From contig OZ296649.1 in assembly GCA_965655095.1 (NCBI GenBank), forward strand, positions 104,036,001 to 104,100,000: a DNA stretch of 64,000 nucleotides, read 5' to 3'. The number at the start of each line of letters is the position of its first letter. Position 1 is the first letter of the stretch. This document shows, one piece after another, positions 38,270 to 50,829 of this stretch. The position numbers were made by a program, and so were the translations under genes. Under the pieces are notes generated by a model that was not told the origin of the DNA, made no database searches, and was given only the letters and a program-made list of their open reading frames with translations. Source of the DNA: Haplodiscus bocki. Lineage: Eukaryota.

Positions 38270-38540
38270 AAATATCCCCCTGAAAACGTAGAACCCACAT
38301 TCGACAAAACCGGCCACTGTTTTCTCACTTACTCCAAAACATCTAAGTCAAAAACACGTCTGAAAAATGTTTTCCGCTCAAAAAGTTCTTCCCGTAGTCA
38401 CGTAGAATGCAGTTTTGATAGATCCAGTCCAAAATTTTTCGCAGTCCGAAAAGACTGAAAATTTTTCGAAAAAATAACGAAAGTTATATAGCTCCAAATG
38501 TTCTTCTGGACACGTAGACTTCAGTTTTGACAACACCGAA
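38270..38540. repeat. Degenerate ~110-bp tandem repeat
   Basis: ACGTAGA(A/C)...TT(C/T)GA(C/T)A core at ~38286, ~38400 and ~38512. Confidence 0.55.
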
Positions 38541-40875
38541 TTTGCCGAAAATGCAGAAAGTTTCCAATCATTTTCAAAAAAATTATGGATAAATGTAAGT
38601 CAATGAACTTTTTTTGTTTTTTAGTATCTGTTTCTGTCGCTCCACTGGTTCATCAGGAAGGAAAAATAACTAAAACTTCGAAAATGTTTTTGCTGGAACA
38701 TCTGCATGGCAAAAAAGTGGAGTATGAAATCTGCTGTATGATGAAACTATTTCTTCTCTGCACCCAAATGGTTGAACTCTTTCAATTCAAGTTCTTAGTC
38801 GACAGCCTCAAACTTCAGGACTTTTCAAAAGAAACATCATTTTTTTTTCTTTGCAGCCGAATCAAGACAAGCCGAAAAGGCCAAAATGCTGCGAATACTT
38901 ACAGATCCCGGCCTTTACACTCATGATATTCGAAAAGCAAATGATTCTTCTTTCATTAAAAACTCAGTCGACAGTTCTAAAATTCTAGACGAGTGTTCAA
39001 AAGAGAAGCCATAAATCTTAATCCTCGAGTTCGAACCCTGATTGTTCAAATAGACTCAAAACTGATGGTAATTGTGATATGACCCGATACTCAAACTCAT
39101 GCATTTCCGTAACTAGTGGCTTGACTTTTTCTATCAACTTAAAACTTGTCGGCTTTCTCTCTGCAGAAATGTGGGTGAATTGAAATTACTTGTTTTTTTT
39201 ACAAGCAACTGAATTTGAAAGAAAAGTCCTATTTTCCCGAGTCAAAAGTTAGGTTACTGGACCTTCATCTCAAGGATTGAATCCAAGCAAGTTAAGAGTT
39301 AGAAGGAACTATATAAACATCAGTTGATGGAAGCATTTAAAATTTGTTCCCTCGAATCCCTTTAGACTCGTCTTGAAGATTTGTTTCCCAAAACAATCAC
39401 AAAAATGTGACTTCATGTCAAAACTTTCACCAAGTTTTCAGTTTCAAGGTTCTATTTGCTGAGCACTTTGACATTATTCATAAGCTCTGTATGCCAGCGC
39501 GTCTAGGAGTTTGAGAAAATATTTTGAAAGTGACCTCCCATTGTACCAAATGAGCAATTGGACAGAACTGCGTTTTTGTTTATGTCTTCCATATGGCAAA
39601 TGTTTTCAACAGACAACTTTTTGTGGGCGCTAAAAGTTCGTGGTCCCTCGAGCCTCCAGAAACGAAACCTGCAAGCTTACAGTTGAGAAAGTCTTTCTTT
39701 TGGCAGATTGTTCCTAGTTCTAGGAAAGTCAGATTTTGTTTCCCACTAAACACCATAAGGAATTAAAAGAGTTTTTTTGTTCCCATCGCTAAAGGCCGCC
39801 AAAGCGTTGAGCACGGGGTCAAAATCAATCGTTTCATTGAAAAGACCAGCAGCATCTGCTTGTATTGCATCGAAATGAGTCTCTTCAAATATTCTTTGAA
39901 GGTTATGAAGTTCTGCTTTTGACTCCCCAAGATTGGGAGCATTGCTTGAAAAGATGATAACTGGAAACCCAAAAGCGACAAGAGTATCTCATGTAAAGCA
40001 ATACACTAAGCTCTCATTATATCGCCATCAACTTCACAGCGAACAGTATTTCTACGGAAGCAGATTGACAAAGCGGAGTAACATTCCATCGGGTTGTAAT
40101 TCATTGGTTTGCAGTGAAACGGTGCTCCGAATTTCAGCCTGACGGTTTGGAACGACCTCAAACTTACTGCGTTTCGTGCTTTGGGTTAATCACGAATGCT
40201 CTGTTGCTCGATTCTGTCAACAAACCAGGAGCATTTGCTGCAGTATATATCAGTTCAAAACATTATTGGGGTAGCTCGAAGTCCAAAATCTTGTTCATAC
40301 CTGGTCTAAAGCTTTGCTGTTGCCTACGTGTAACCTTACGATATCTGCGTCACTGGAAATAACCAAGGAACATCCTGTCTTCAGGTGCAATAAATGGATA
40401 TTTCGTCCTGTCAGGGACCAAAGTGTAAGCCAAGCGGCCGCATATATAAATTATGCCTTCATACAGCGAATAGTAAAGTTGAAAGATATTACTGCGGGGC
40501 TTGACTATAATCCATATAAAATCCACGTTTATTGATTTCAACAAAGCGTATGTTTTTGTCCCACGCAAAAGAGCTTTTCCTTTGCTGCAGACAGTTGATT
40601 CTGAAAAATAACAAACGGTGAAGGTTACCAATAGTACTATCGGTATTGGTGTAAAAACCTGGAGAAGAGAAATACCCTACTACAATATTCTCAACCTTCA
40701 AGACACAAAGTACAACAACAGGCCACCAACAGCCTAATTGTTGTGATAAACTTATCAAATAGATTTGAGATTGAATGCCTATTTTTGGCCAGCCTTCTCC
40801 ACTTGAAGCTGACATTGGTGAGCATCAACTAATCGTTAATCAGGACACTACCGACAATCGAATATCGAATAAGAA

Positions 40876-41643
40876 ATGACAGGCAAAAATAAAAATGATT
40901 CGAGATCGAAACTGAAATATCCTTGTGGTCTGTGCGGAGAAGAATGTAAAACAAACACCATTCAATGTGCGAAGTGTGAGAAGTGGAACCACCAGCAATG
41001 TACCGAAGTACCTCCTGCAATAATGGCACATCTTGGGAAAGTGAAAGGACTCTTTTGGAGTTGCGATGCTTGTTTGGGCACACCAATCAAAGACAGCTCG
41101 GCCCTTTCAGTGCTTGAACAGAAGGTTGAAATAATAACAGAACAAATAACAAGCCTATCAAAGACCATGAACAGCCTAAACCCACCTACCCCAATGCACA
41201 AAAATCAAGATCAACAACAAGTTACGAAAAGATCAGTAAGGGTTTCTGGACTCCCTGAAAGCACTGCCAAGAATATATACGAAAGAAAAAGCGATGATAT
41301 TCAAAAATTAAAAACAATTGTAGCAGATATCGGAGTTACCGACCTAAAAGTCAACAATATAATCCGTATGGGCAAATTCTCTGAAGGGAGAAATAGAACT
41401 TTGATTGTAGAACTACCCAATATTATGGATGTGGAATTGCTTGTCTCGAAGGCAATAAAAGGCAAACTCGGAAATGTACATCAAGTTTATATTTCACCAG
41501 ATCTGACAAAAGAAGAAAGAGAAATAGAGAAAAAACTGCTCAAGAAAAGGAGGGAATTGATCGACTCTAAAGAAGTAGAGAGAAAAGACATAAAAATTCG
41601 GAACCTAACATTGTATGTAAAAAACCAGAAGGTTGATGCATGA
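40876..41643 (+). CDS. LINE ORF1 protein (PHD finger, coiled coil, RRM-like/C-terminal region), 255 aa
   Basis: CGLC..IQCAKCEKWNHQQC..WSCDAC (C4HC3), then RSVRVSGLPES, IRMGK..RTLIV and VYISPDLTKEERE, typical of CR1/L2-group ORF1. Confidence 0.92.
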   Translation: MTGKNKNDSRSKLKYPCGLCGEECKTNTIQCAKCEKWNHQQCTEVPPAIMAHLGKVKGLFWSCDACLGTPIKDSSALSVLEQKVEIITEQITSLSKTMNSLNPPTPMHKNQDQQQVTKRSVRVSGLPESTAKNIYERKSDDIQKLKTIVADIGVTDLKVNNIIRMGKFSEGRNRTLIVELPNIMDVELLVSKAIKGKLGNVHQVYISPDLTKEEREIEKKLLKKRRELIDSKEVERKDIKIRNLTLYVKNQKVDA

Positions 41644-44208
41644 CTACCGGTCAGGCCATCAATTCTCCTACTCAATGCACGATCAGTTAAAAAGAAACTC
41701 GGTCTATCAAATCTTCAAATTGATCTCAATCTTCTAAAACCTGACATATGCCTAATTCCTGAAACATGGTTGAAAAGCGATATCAGCAACAGTTCGCTAC
41801 AAATTGATGGGTACCAATTTTTCAGAGCAGATAGAAGCTCTTGTTCAAACAAGAAAAATAGAGGTGGTGGAGTCTGCGTTTATATAAAAAATTGTCTGGA
41901 AGCACAAAAACTCCAGTTCTTGGAAGGAACATTTACAAACAACGACTACGAGCATATTTGGATCAAATTAATCATAAGAGAACGCATTATTATCATAGGC
42001 TGCATTAACTATCCTCCAGATGGCAACATAGACTCTGAAATAGCAGATCTCATCCTGAATATGCGTCAGCTATCTGAAAATCAGTTTCCAGGCTGTTACT
42101 TCCTAACAGGAGGAGACTTCAACTCTTTCGGTGAATCCTTGCTACTCAACTTCTCGGACTTAGAACTAATCCCATCTGCCCCAACCAGAGAAAACAAAAC
42201 GCTGGACAAAATTTTTATTAATCACAGTGGACTTTATAAAGAGGCACAAGTAATTGAAACTTATCTCAAGTTTGATCATAAAGGAGTACTCTGTGAGCCA
42301 ACGCAACCGCATACTGAGAGATGATTCAGAACGTTTCGGGAAACCAAATTCAGAAATAAGCAGCAACTTGGACTCTTTTTAGACTCAATTGATATACTTG
42401 AGGCTACAAATGCCACAGATCCGAACTCCAGCTACGAAAACTTACAAAACTTGATAATGGAAGCTCTTGATCAAACCTGCCCATTAAAGAAAGTTAAACT
42501 GTCCGACCAGGACCCACCTTTCATGACACGGTACTTGAAATCGCTACTGAAAAAGAAATACCAACTCAAACGCAGAAACAGGTCCTCTGTGAATTTAGAA
42601 GAAGAAATTAAAAATGAAATAAAGAAAAATTTGACTCGTGGAAAGAGAGGAACAGCTTTATGGTGGAAGGAGATCAACACATTAGCGGGAAGAACCAAAG
42701 GTAAATCGACCATCAAACTTAATGCGCAAGAACTTAATGATTTATTCGCGAATATCTGCACAACTGAGAACTATAGAAAACCGGAGCAGAAATCAACGGC
42801 CTCCGAAGAAGTTCCTGAGATAACAATTCAGCAAGTCTATGATGAACTAAGAAACTTAAAAAGAACGACCACTGGTCCAGACGGGATCCCTTCTTGGCTA
42901 CTCAAAGACAATGCACATAACTTTGCCGAACCGCTTGCGGTTATCTTCAACGCGTCTATCAAACAGGCATTGGTCCCAGCAGTCTTCAAAATGGCAAGAA
43001 TTGTGCCAATTCCGAAGACATCAGAACCGAAGAAATTCGGAGACTATAGACCGGTCTCCATCACCTCGATAGTTTCAAGAATCTTCGAAAAAATTGTCAT
43101 GAAACGGTTTGTGTCCCCCCAATATAATACTTGGCTACCATCGAACCAACATGGATTCAGAAATGGTGCTTCAACGACCACAGCCATACTAGAACTTCAA
43201 AATCACGTAGCCAGTTCCGAAGAAAAACATTTTGATTACATGCGAAATTTATCTGTGGACCTGAGTAAAGCGTTTGACAGGGTACAGCACAATTTAATAG
43301 TTGAGAAACTCAGTAAAGTTGATCCACCTATCAACAACTATATAATTAACTGGATATCGAATTTCCTCACTGATCGACAGATTTACACTCAATTCGAAGC
43401 CCAAACGTCAGACCTGCGTCTGATAAATCAAGGAGTACCACAAGGGACAGTCCTTGGACCCCCACTTTTTAATACGAGCACATTTGATATGAACCTAAAC
43501 ACGATTCCTAACGCTGAGATAACAAAGTTTGCTGATGACAGTAACTGTACAATATCATGCACAACTGACAATGACAACACTCTCGTTGCCCTGGATTCCT
43601 TAAAAAGATGGTGCGGCGAGAATAGATTCACTTTAAACGAATCAAAAACAAAAGTCTTAACAGTGAACTTCAAACGAAGAGAATCCAGCCTGTTAAAACA
43701 TGAAGAAATAGCAAAAGTGGACGAAATGAAAGTTTTAGGATTCATACTAGATAACAAATTGAGTTTTAAATCACATGTTCTACAATCCTGTAAGAAGGCA
43801 TCGAGCATCTGCTATCTACTCGTTAGGCTGAAAAACTTAGGTTTCACTCCTGAAGTTCTAGCTCTACTCTACAAGTCCCTGGTATTGAGCATCCTCACCT
43901 ATGGCTTACCAGTCTGGGGAGGCGCTCCGATTAGCACTCTTCAGAACATCGACAAAGTCCAGAAGCGGGCTATGAACTTAGGAATTATCAAAAGATTTAC
44001 ACCAATTAAACGCCTCATTGAAGAGAACGACATGCAACTTCTGCAGAAGATGAAATCACGGGACCACATTCTACATCACCTCCTCCCAACAAGATCTGAA
44101 TATGCAGACGGAAGACTGCGAACTCGCGAAACATCAAGCAACTTTAAACTTGAAAAAATTATGAAATTGTTTCCGCATAGAGCCTTGAGAAAACTTTCCT
44201 TTAAATGA
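41644..44208 (+). pseudogene. LINE ORF2 (AP endonuclease + reverse transcriptase) with one premature stop at 42322-42324
   Basis: LLLNARS, ETW, DR..GGGVCVY, GDFN, PTR..LD and DH (APE). GPDGIP, YRPVS, QHGFR, DLSKAFDRV, GVPQGTVLGP and FADD (RT). One frame throughout apart from the TGA at 42322. Confidence 0.93.
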
Positions 44209-45299
44209 ACGCTACCACTACCAAACCTGATTGATTGTTCCTTTTTGTTGTTTGTATTTAAATCATACTATTTCTGATGTGTTTCAGAAATAATTAATTC
44301 TTTCTTTCTTTCTTTCTATTCGCTTAGAGACCGACAGCTTTTTCTGACAAAGTGTAAGTCTCACACATTTTCAACGAAAGGTGCTCTTAGAAATCAGACG
44401 CGTCAGTAGAGTTATCATGTTGTACTACGGCGCCATTGGTCGTACACTGAAAACATTTTAGTTCCCAAGAATTGCCTTTACAACAAGAAGGCAGCGGAAG
44501 ATCTTTGGTATCGAACCAAAATGAGTAAAGTCGAATTGGTTCGAAAGAAACATCACGTTCGATTGACCGATGTCACCACGAGAACCAACGTCATCCGGAA
44601 TTTTGAGAGTTGAGACGTGGTTCCAAATGAAGGAGTTGTTGAATTGAATTTTGTGCACATGCTCTAGCAAAACCCGACTAATTCTGGGACGTAGACGCTG
44701 GTCACTTCCGAGAAACAGAAGTTTCTTCAAGCGAACCTAGCTGATTGCATTTCCCTTCTCCTCTGGGTAAACGGCTACCAACGCGTTTAGCTGAGAGCCA
44801 ACTGGTGACGCAGGAAAGACCATTGTGGAATTGACTGTTTACTCAGGGGTTTCATTTCAGAAAGACTTTCAATTCATTAGTTTCGCTTCATGTCAGGCCA
44901 AATTCACCAACAGTCTTAAGTAGTAATAGAAAGAGCAGATCATACGGAGTGTGTTCGGTAATGCATTACGATAGGGAATGATAATCTGCAAGTTTTTAGT
45001 GAAGGGCACAGGGTTTAGCATTGTAGAGATAGGGAGTGTGCTGAACGACTAACTTTTGGTTTTATGACTTTTCCGAGCAAAGTTTTTTCGCATTTCTTTT
45101 CAGGGCCGGCGATTTTTACTGCAAGGAAATTATGACGGCTGCAGATAAATTATCACGCCCGTGCATACTGTTATAACTTGAGAAATGTAAAGATAAAGAA
45201 ATGTAAGAAGATTGTATTAGAGTTTGGAAAGAAAAAGCACGGTGTAAAGATAGTCACAAAATCATTGTCAAACTTGCACATTTACAGTGAATAGATTGA

Positions 45300-45690
45300 A
45301 AAAATACTTGAAATTACTCATGAATGGAAGTACATTAACGTCGTGAAATCCGGTGTTTACAACTTGTTGGAAATTGAAGAGATGAAAAGATGGTATGTCG
45401 TAAAGGAACCTCAAACACTGGGATGGCATGGTAAAGGCTCTCTCATCATCTGCTTGAAATGCTGCGTGAGGAGACTCTTTTCCATTTCCGAGAGTCTCCA
45501 GAAAAAAATTTGCACCAAGAATTTGCAATCATCATCCAATGCTTTCCTGCATTTTGCTGGGTTGAGTACTTATAAAAACGAAAGTCTCATTGGGAACAGC
45601 TGGAACAAACCTTGAAAAAAATAAACCAAAGTACGAAAAATTGAGTAGTAGGACTCGTCTGATTTTTTTGAGGAGAGCAACGTTAATCAG
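45300..45690 (-). pseudogene. Polinton adenain-like cysteine protease remnant
   Basis: FVFISTQPSKMQ, then after a frameshift KHWMMIA (His motif). HPSV*GSF lies where S-V-C-G (catalytic Cys) is expected. It follows the major capsid gene, as is common in Polintons. Confidence 0.72.
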
Positions 45691-47060
45691 TTTCCAAGTT
45701 TTTTGCAACATTGCCAAACCTATCGACTGCAACTGATGACTTTCGATCTCCCAAAACAACAAGTTCAGTGACCAGTTCCGGAGTGTGAGTATTGTTTATC
45801 TCCAATCTCAGGGGTTCTCCAACTAAGTTTAGGCAAGGACAATTTCCAGTAGCATCTTGCTTTGACGTCAAAAGAAACATTAGTACAAAGTTGGTTTTCG
45901 AAAAAATTGAGAGGAATTGAGAGGTAATCAACCTGAGAAGTCGTTACTTTCATTGTCGCAGCACATAAGCACTCTTTGTCAGCAGCAACAAAGTCAACAA
46001 TTGGCTGATAAGGTTTGAGTTTTTTAATTTATCTATGATCGAATTGTTGATACCAGAAGAAGTTTAGGTGCTTGATTAGGTGAAAACAGCGTTTGCACTG
46101 ACTGCAACAGCAATCCGACAAACTGGGGCCTTGTTAGAATTGTTTTTTCGAAAGAACTGACTTTGTCGGGACGGAATAAGGAAGTTTTCTGCCAGGGTTC
46201 TCAAAACCATTGAAGACCACATGGCTATATGTGAGCAAACCCTTCTGTTTTTTGTGCGTTTTTGCTACATATGAATATGACTAGTGTTAAACGAACAATC
46301 GACATCTCCAAGACTAACGTTTTGCTTGTCATCACTTATTTGCAAACAAGGTCTGGCTCCGATTAGTCGTAGCCGAATTTTTAAGTTTTGCTAATTGGAT
46401 GAAAAAGATCAGAAGGGAAGGAAAAACCAACTCTCTTCTTACCATACAACATGAAGCATCGGGAAGCCATCGGGTCATCTAAGCAACTCCAACCTTACTG
46501 TATAAAATGGATCGGACAGGGGCATCTCCATGCTTCATCAAGATTCTTTCCAACTCAAATATTTCGCAGTGCAAATGTCCCTCGTATTTGGCGATAGCTC
46601 CTTTGAAATTGCTGGAACAAAAAACCCTTGCGCATACAATGCATTAGAGTTGCAAACGTGCTGATTGTTCATGTGCACCTTATTGAAACACAAAACTGAA
46701 CACAAAAAGTTGTGTTCCTGAGTAACCAGAAGAACGGGAGCATGCTTTTCCTCCTCTAGTGTTTAACTTGCTCCTTCAGTTTCAATCGATTCTACCTTGT
46801 GCTTTTTTTAAATCCTTTCATATTGTTAGTTTCATAGCCACGACCCTCGTCCAATCTTACTTTCAAAGCCAAGTCTGTCTGTCTCAAGTCAGCGTTACTG
46901 CTTTGATCCGTTCGAGTGTCAAACTCCATGCAGTTTTCACTGAGTGAGGTACCATGAATAGTTTCTCGTTCGTGGGATGACAAGACATTGTCAATTACTG
47001 GGTCTTTCTCCACGAGAATTCTAGAAAATGCCACAAATGTTTGAATTTTTCTAACCTCGA
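45683..47060 (-). pseudogene. Polinton major capsid protein (double jelly-roll, hexon-like) remnant
   Basis: N-term ENCMEFD..DLRQTDLALKVRL (track 46792..47034). Middle IRLRLIGARP, RIAVAV and WYQQFD. C-term LTSKQDA..LVGEPLRLEI..VTELVVLG (track 45683..45931). ~1.35 kb with many stops and frameshifts. Confidence 0.8.
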
Positions 47061-47064
47061 TTGT

Positions 47065-47425
47065 AAGACATATTTGTAAAAGTGTCTTTCCGCAACCGAC
47101 TTATTTGTCTTTCAGAATTTGTTGGAATGTTTCTGCTTCAAGTCATCCCGATAGCACTACTCAACTGTTTTCCCAGAGTTTGTTTTGTCACACCCCTTGC
47201 TGCTGCCTTAAACTTCTTTGTACCATTATCGACCTCAGCATTTCCTGGTGCAGCTTTTTCCAACAAGTCAAAACCCACACGTTTTGCTGCTGGGACAAGA
47301 AGTTTGCCCAAAAAAAACGCAGTTCTCCTAACCCTTTTTGCGAGGGCACCGAATCCCCTTCCACGCTGTCGAGCAAGGCCTCTTTAGATTGGAATCTCTA
47401 CTTGTCTTGGAGCAACTAGCTTTGA
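47065..47425 (-). pseudogene. Polinton small basic core/membrane-active protein remnant (QxGxG type)
   Basis: RQRGRGFGALAKRVRRTA at ~47371-47320, then VPAAKRVGFDLLE..FKAAA. Located between penton and major capsid. Confidence 0.68.
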
Positions 47426-47436
47426 GCGTCTTTTTC

Positions 47437-48235
47437 GTTAGGAATGAAGGTTGGAGGCTTTTCTGAACATCAAACCAAAACGAGAGATAACGACAGTGAC
47501 GCAAACAGTTCTTCACCGTTAGTGTCTGTGAAGTCAAAGTAAGTGCTGTGAAAGAAAGTTCTGAGCAGTCATCCGACAAGTAGTTTGCTAAATGTCTGAT
47601 AGTTCAAGTATTCTCCAGTACTTATGATCTCGCCAGCTTTCAGGTTCAAAATTTGAAAAAACAACGGAGAGAAGGAGCCTTTCTGTTGCCGGCAATTCTA
47701 ATTTAATCACGTCTGTGTATATCTTAAGAGATTATATGCGGACAAGGTTTTCAAAAAAAAAATCTGACTTCCGGGATCTTTTTTCTCTCAAAATCAATAC
47801 AACTTCATTCCCACCGTTTAATGCTGAAAAGGTGTCCGAAGTCCGTATTAAAGAACGCCCGATCGGATCTTATCATTGCAAACTAACTGTCAACTTTCTG
47901 CTTGCTCTCAGACAATAAAACTGTGTTAAAAATTCGTTGTGATTGTTTTTCTCTTGAATGGAAGTGATCATGGCTTCAACAATATCTGTAAAGGAAGGTT
48001 ATTGACTGGATATCAGATCGTAAAACTCTGACGATTTTGAAGTTTTTCTCACTGAAGAACGCAAAATTTGACATTTTGGTATACTGATGGGTAGCATATT
48101 TCCAAAAATTAAACTGGTCATTAACTCTCCAGATCCTGTTGCTCCGTATAAAAAGATCGTAGAGGCGCTAAGCGTTTTGTCTGGAAGTTGTTGTACAGAT
48201 GGTCCACACTATGACTTTACTGTAAGCAACTCTTT
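47437..48235 (-). pseudogene. Polinton minor capsid (penton) remnant
   Basis: N-term QLPDKTLSAST..ICYPSVYQNV (cf. FPxNT.S.F..EI.YP). C-term IYTDVI..KAPSLR..NYQTFS..VLMFRK-like end. Confidence 0.7.
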
Positions 48236-48239
48236 TGCC

Positions 48240-49130
48240 TACTGACATCTTTCATTTCTTTTTGCTGAAGATCACCACGATTAATCTCACCATGTTCGTT
48301 CTTTTTTGTGTATATTGAAAATTTTTGTAAGACACTGCAACAACTTCAAAAGTTCTTCGAGTAAAGTGTGGCTTATGGCCCTTCCTGAAGGGTCAATCAT
48401 TTTTCCAGATGCGACCGCTGTATCCAGTTTTAATTTGACGTTTATATTTTCTTCTAGTAGCTTGCTGTACAGAATGGACAAATCTGGGAATTCTTGACAG
48501 TTTTTGACATCACTTCTTTTGAACAGTTCTCTCTGGTTTTCAGCAAGGTGACAAAATAAGATAATTTGCGACTACAACTGCTTTCGCAATCTTCCACTTA
48601 ACGGTAATGTTCAGTTTTTATGGATCGTACTGCACGTTTAGCAAATGCAACCTCAGTTTTGCTTTATTCTAAGATGACAGGTTTTGTTCAGCTTTGCCAA
48701 ATTTTCCAAAACTACGCAGCAGATCCTGTTCCGTTCTCAACCCAAGTACTTTCGGTCACTTTTTTTCGGCAACCATAGTTAATACTGCATGAACATTTTT
48801 ACATACTTTTGTCTTCTTTCCTTTTGGCTCTACCGTTCTATCAGACAAGTCTTAAGGAACGAGTAGTTACTTTACGCTGTTATGCTCTTCGGCTAGTTTA
48901 TCAACAAATGTCAAACCTATACACCGAGTTGGTTTCTAGAAGCTAGCAAAGGCTTTCGTGCTTTCCAATTCACGCCTGGCCATGGCACATTTCGTGCACG
49001 ATGCCGTTGGTTGTAAAAAAGTCTCACCTTTGATACTGGTAAAATTCTAGTTTTCACAAACTAATGCACAGAGCCATTGGCAGCGCTACGCTGCGTGTAA
49101 AGTTATTGCAACTTCTGGCGTTGAAAATTT
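48240..49130 (-). pseudogene. Polinton retroviral-type (rve/DDE) integrase remnant
   Basis: GLTFVDKLAEEHNSVK*LL (first-D region), WVENGTGS (DxGxEF region) and FAKRAVRSIK (AER..R.LK), with a C-terminal FRKG.KP.FT.E.F-like segment near 48395-48345. Confidence 0.75.
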
Positions 49131-49780
49131 GAAAAGAACCCAAGCTCCCCTATCTCTCGCTTTGGCCTTTGGATTCAGAACCATAGTCAGAGAAATACCA
49201 GCAGCGTCAATTAAAGTAAAGTTAATGCCTGGAAGGTCTGCAATTCGAGCATGCAGATTTTGAGCAGAGTCTGACAGTAACAATCCAGTTCAAACTCTGT
49301 CGAGAATTAACATCAGGAAAGTCTAGAGCTAGATACGAGAAGAAGACGACTTTTTGTTGTCTAAATAGTCTGCTCTGGCAAACGAATTTTTGTTCAATTC
49401 GTTTTTGAACGAGTCAATTGGGTACGTGGGATTTCTTCACTTTGAGTAACTGTCTGAGCACTCGAACTCCTCCCTATAAACACAGAATAAACACAGAATC
49501 AGGGAAGAGATCACATTGCTCAACATCAAGACAAATAGGTATTGACGCGAGGAAAAAACTTTTTTCAGTTCTAACCCTTTTTCGCATTCGAGATTGTCTC
49601 TTCTTTGCTTCAAGTGATTTTTTACAGCGAGCTATCGAGTTTCATTTTGATATTTTGTAATGTGATGTATTTCTTGTTCGGCACATTTCCTCAGAGCAGA
49701 TTTGCTATGCATTTGTAGTGAAACTTGATAGACTCTTTCAGGCAAGAGTGAAAAATAGACTTTTGCGTTTGCGGGAAGTT
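49115..49780 (-). pseudogene. Two decayed conserved Polinton-type ORFs between ATPase and integrase
   Basis: Track peptide 49086..49283 (FTLIDAAGISLTMVLNPKAKARDRGAW) and a CIANLL*GN segment near 49715-49685. Function unassigned. Confidence 0.5.
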
Positions 49781-50468
49781 GATTGTAACGCAGAGAGAGA
49801 GAGAGAGAGAGAGATATTTTGTACTTTCATCGTCCAAAAACGAAAATTTATTCAACCGCTGAGGGTAATTAATATTTGAGCAAAAGATCCAGCGTTTGAA
49901 CAAAAACGTAAACGATCGTCTCTTTGTGGCAACAGGTCAATCAATTGATGACCGTAAGGAACGGATGCTGCATCTAGATACCAGTCAACTAGTTCTGATC
50001 CCAGTTCCAATCTTCCACTAAACGTACTGACTTGCATCTCACCACGAACACGTTTGAGGAGAACAAAGAGAGAAGTGTGCGTGTTTTGGAAATCAACATC
50101 TGGCCAATGTTACTTTGATGAAACAAGTTTTGCTAACGGTAAAAGCTATTCACGCCATGATGTCTTCCAGCATTAGCAAAACCAACAAATGCATTTTGAA
50201 TTTCATATTTTTTGCATGAAATATCTAATACCAACAAGTACCTTGTACCAATGTTTCTAATGAATTTATTTATTCAAAATTTAAACCTTCAACGAAATCG
50301 AGTTTTTAATTTTCTTTTTGCTAAACAGCAAAAAATGGTTAAAAGTGCTGGTTTGAAATGTGAAATTCATCAAGTTCCAGTTCAAGTTTTCAGTTTGAAG
50401 TTTTTCATCTGAGACGGAACAACCAATAAGACAAAAACGCGGTTTTTTGTTGAAACTATCTTGTTCAT
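49780..50468 (-). pseudogene. Polinton A32/FtsK-like genome-packaging ATPase remnant
   Basis: ATG at 50468 (MNKIVSTKNRVFVLLVVPSQMKN, decayed Walker A), YLLVLDISC (Walker B), AGRHHGVNSF (GRH motif) and VPYGHQLIDL (track 49852..50037). Confidence 0.8.
49792..49814. repeat. (AG)n microsatellite
   Basis: About 11 AG units. Confidence 0.95.
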
Positions 50469-50829
50469 AGACTTGTTGAGGGTAAAAAGAATCCTGCTAC
50501 ACTACACAAAACCCATCCAAAAAATCGGTTCGTCAAAAACATCTGAAGGATGAGTTCTACAAAAAAATCAAAGATAGTCAACAAAAAGACAAAGGTTTGA
50601 ACAAAAAGACAATCGGACGTTTGGAGCAGGACGTTACTAAAACCAAACCAAAACATTTTTTTTTTCAATTGTGTTGTGAAAGACGTTTATGCCAATACTA
50701 ATGTCGTCTTTTTATTCAATCTTTTATTTTGTACGCTCAATTATTCAAAAATCACCCTCGAAAAAACCGCTGTCCTTTTAAACAGAAGTTTTTTGTAGAA
50801 ACTGACAATAGATTTCACAATAAAATTTA

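Larger units (their letters stand above)
40817..44317 (+). mobile_element. Near full-length non-LTR retrotransposon (CR1/L2 group) with (TTCT)n tail
   Basis: PHD-finger ORF1, APE+RT ORF2, short 3' UTR and (TTCT)5 at 44298-44317. Possible 3-bp duplication ATT at 40814-40816 and 44318-44320 (weak). Confidence 0.92.

Noticed and set aside
39000-40816. Protein-primed DNA polymerase B of the Polinton
   Set aside because: No exonuclease or polymerase motifs (e.g. DxxSLYP, NSxYG, DTDS) were recognised here or at 51300-52288. Left as unassigned decayed coding sequence.
41641-41643. Selenocysteine recoding of the TGA
   Set aside because: No SECIS-like element is evident in the short 3' UTR, and the position is a domain boundary rather than a catalytic site.
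40829-43808. Antisense ORFs over the LINE, and plus-strand ORFs over MINDY3 and the conserved gene
   Set aside because: Shadow frames of genuine coding sequence.
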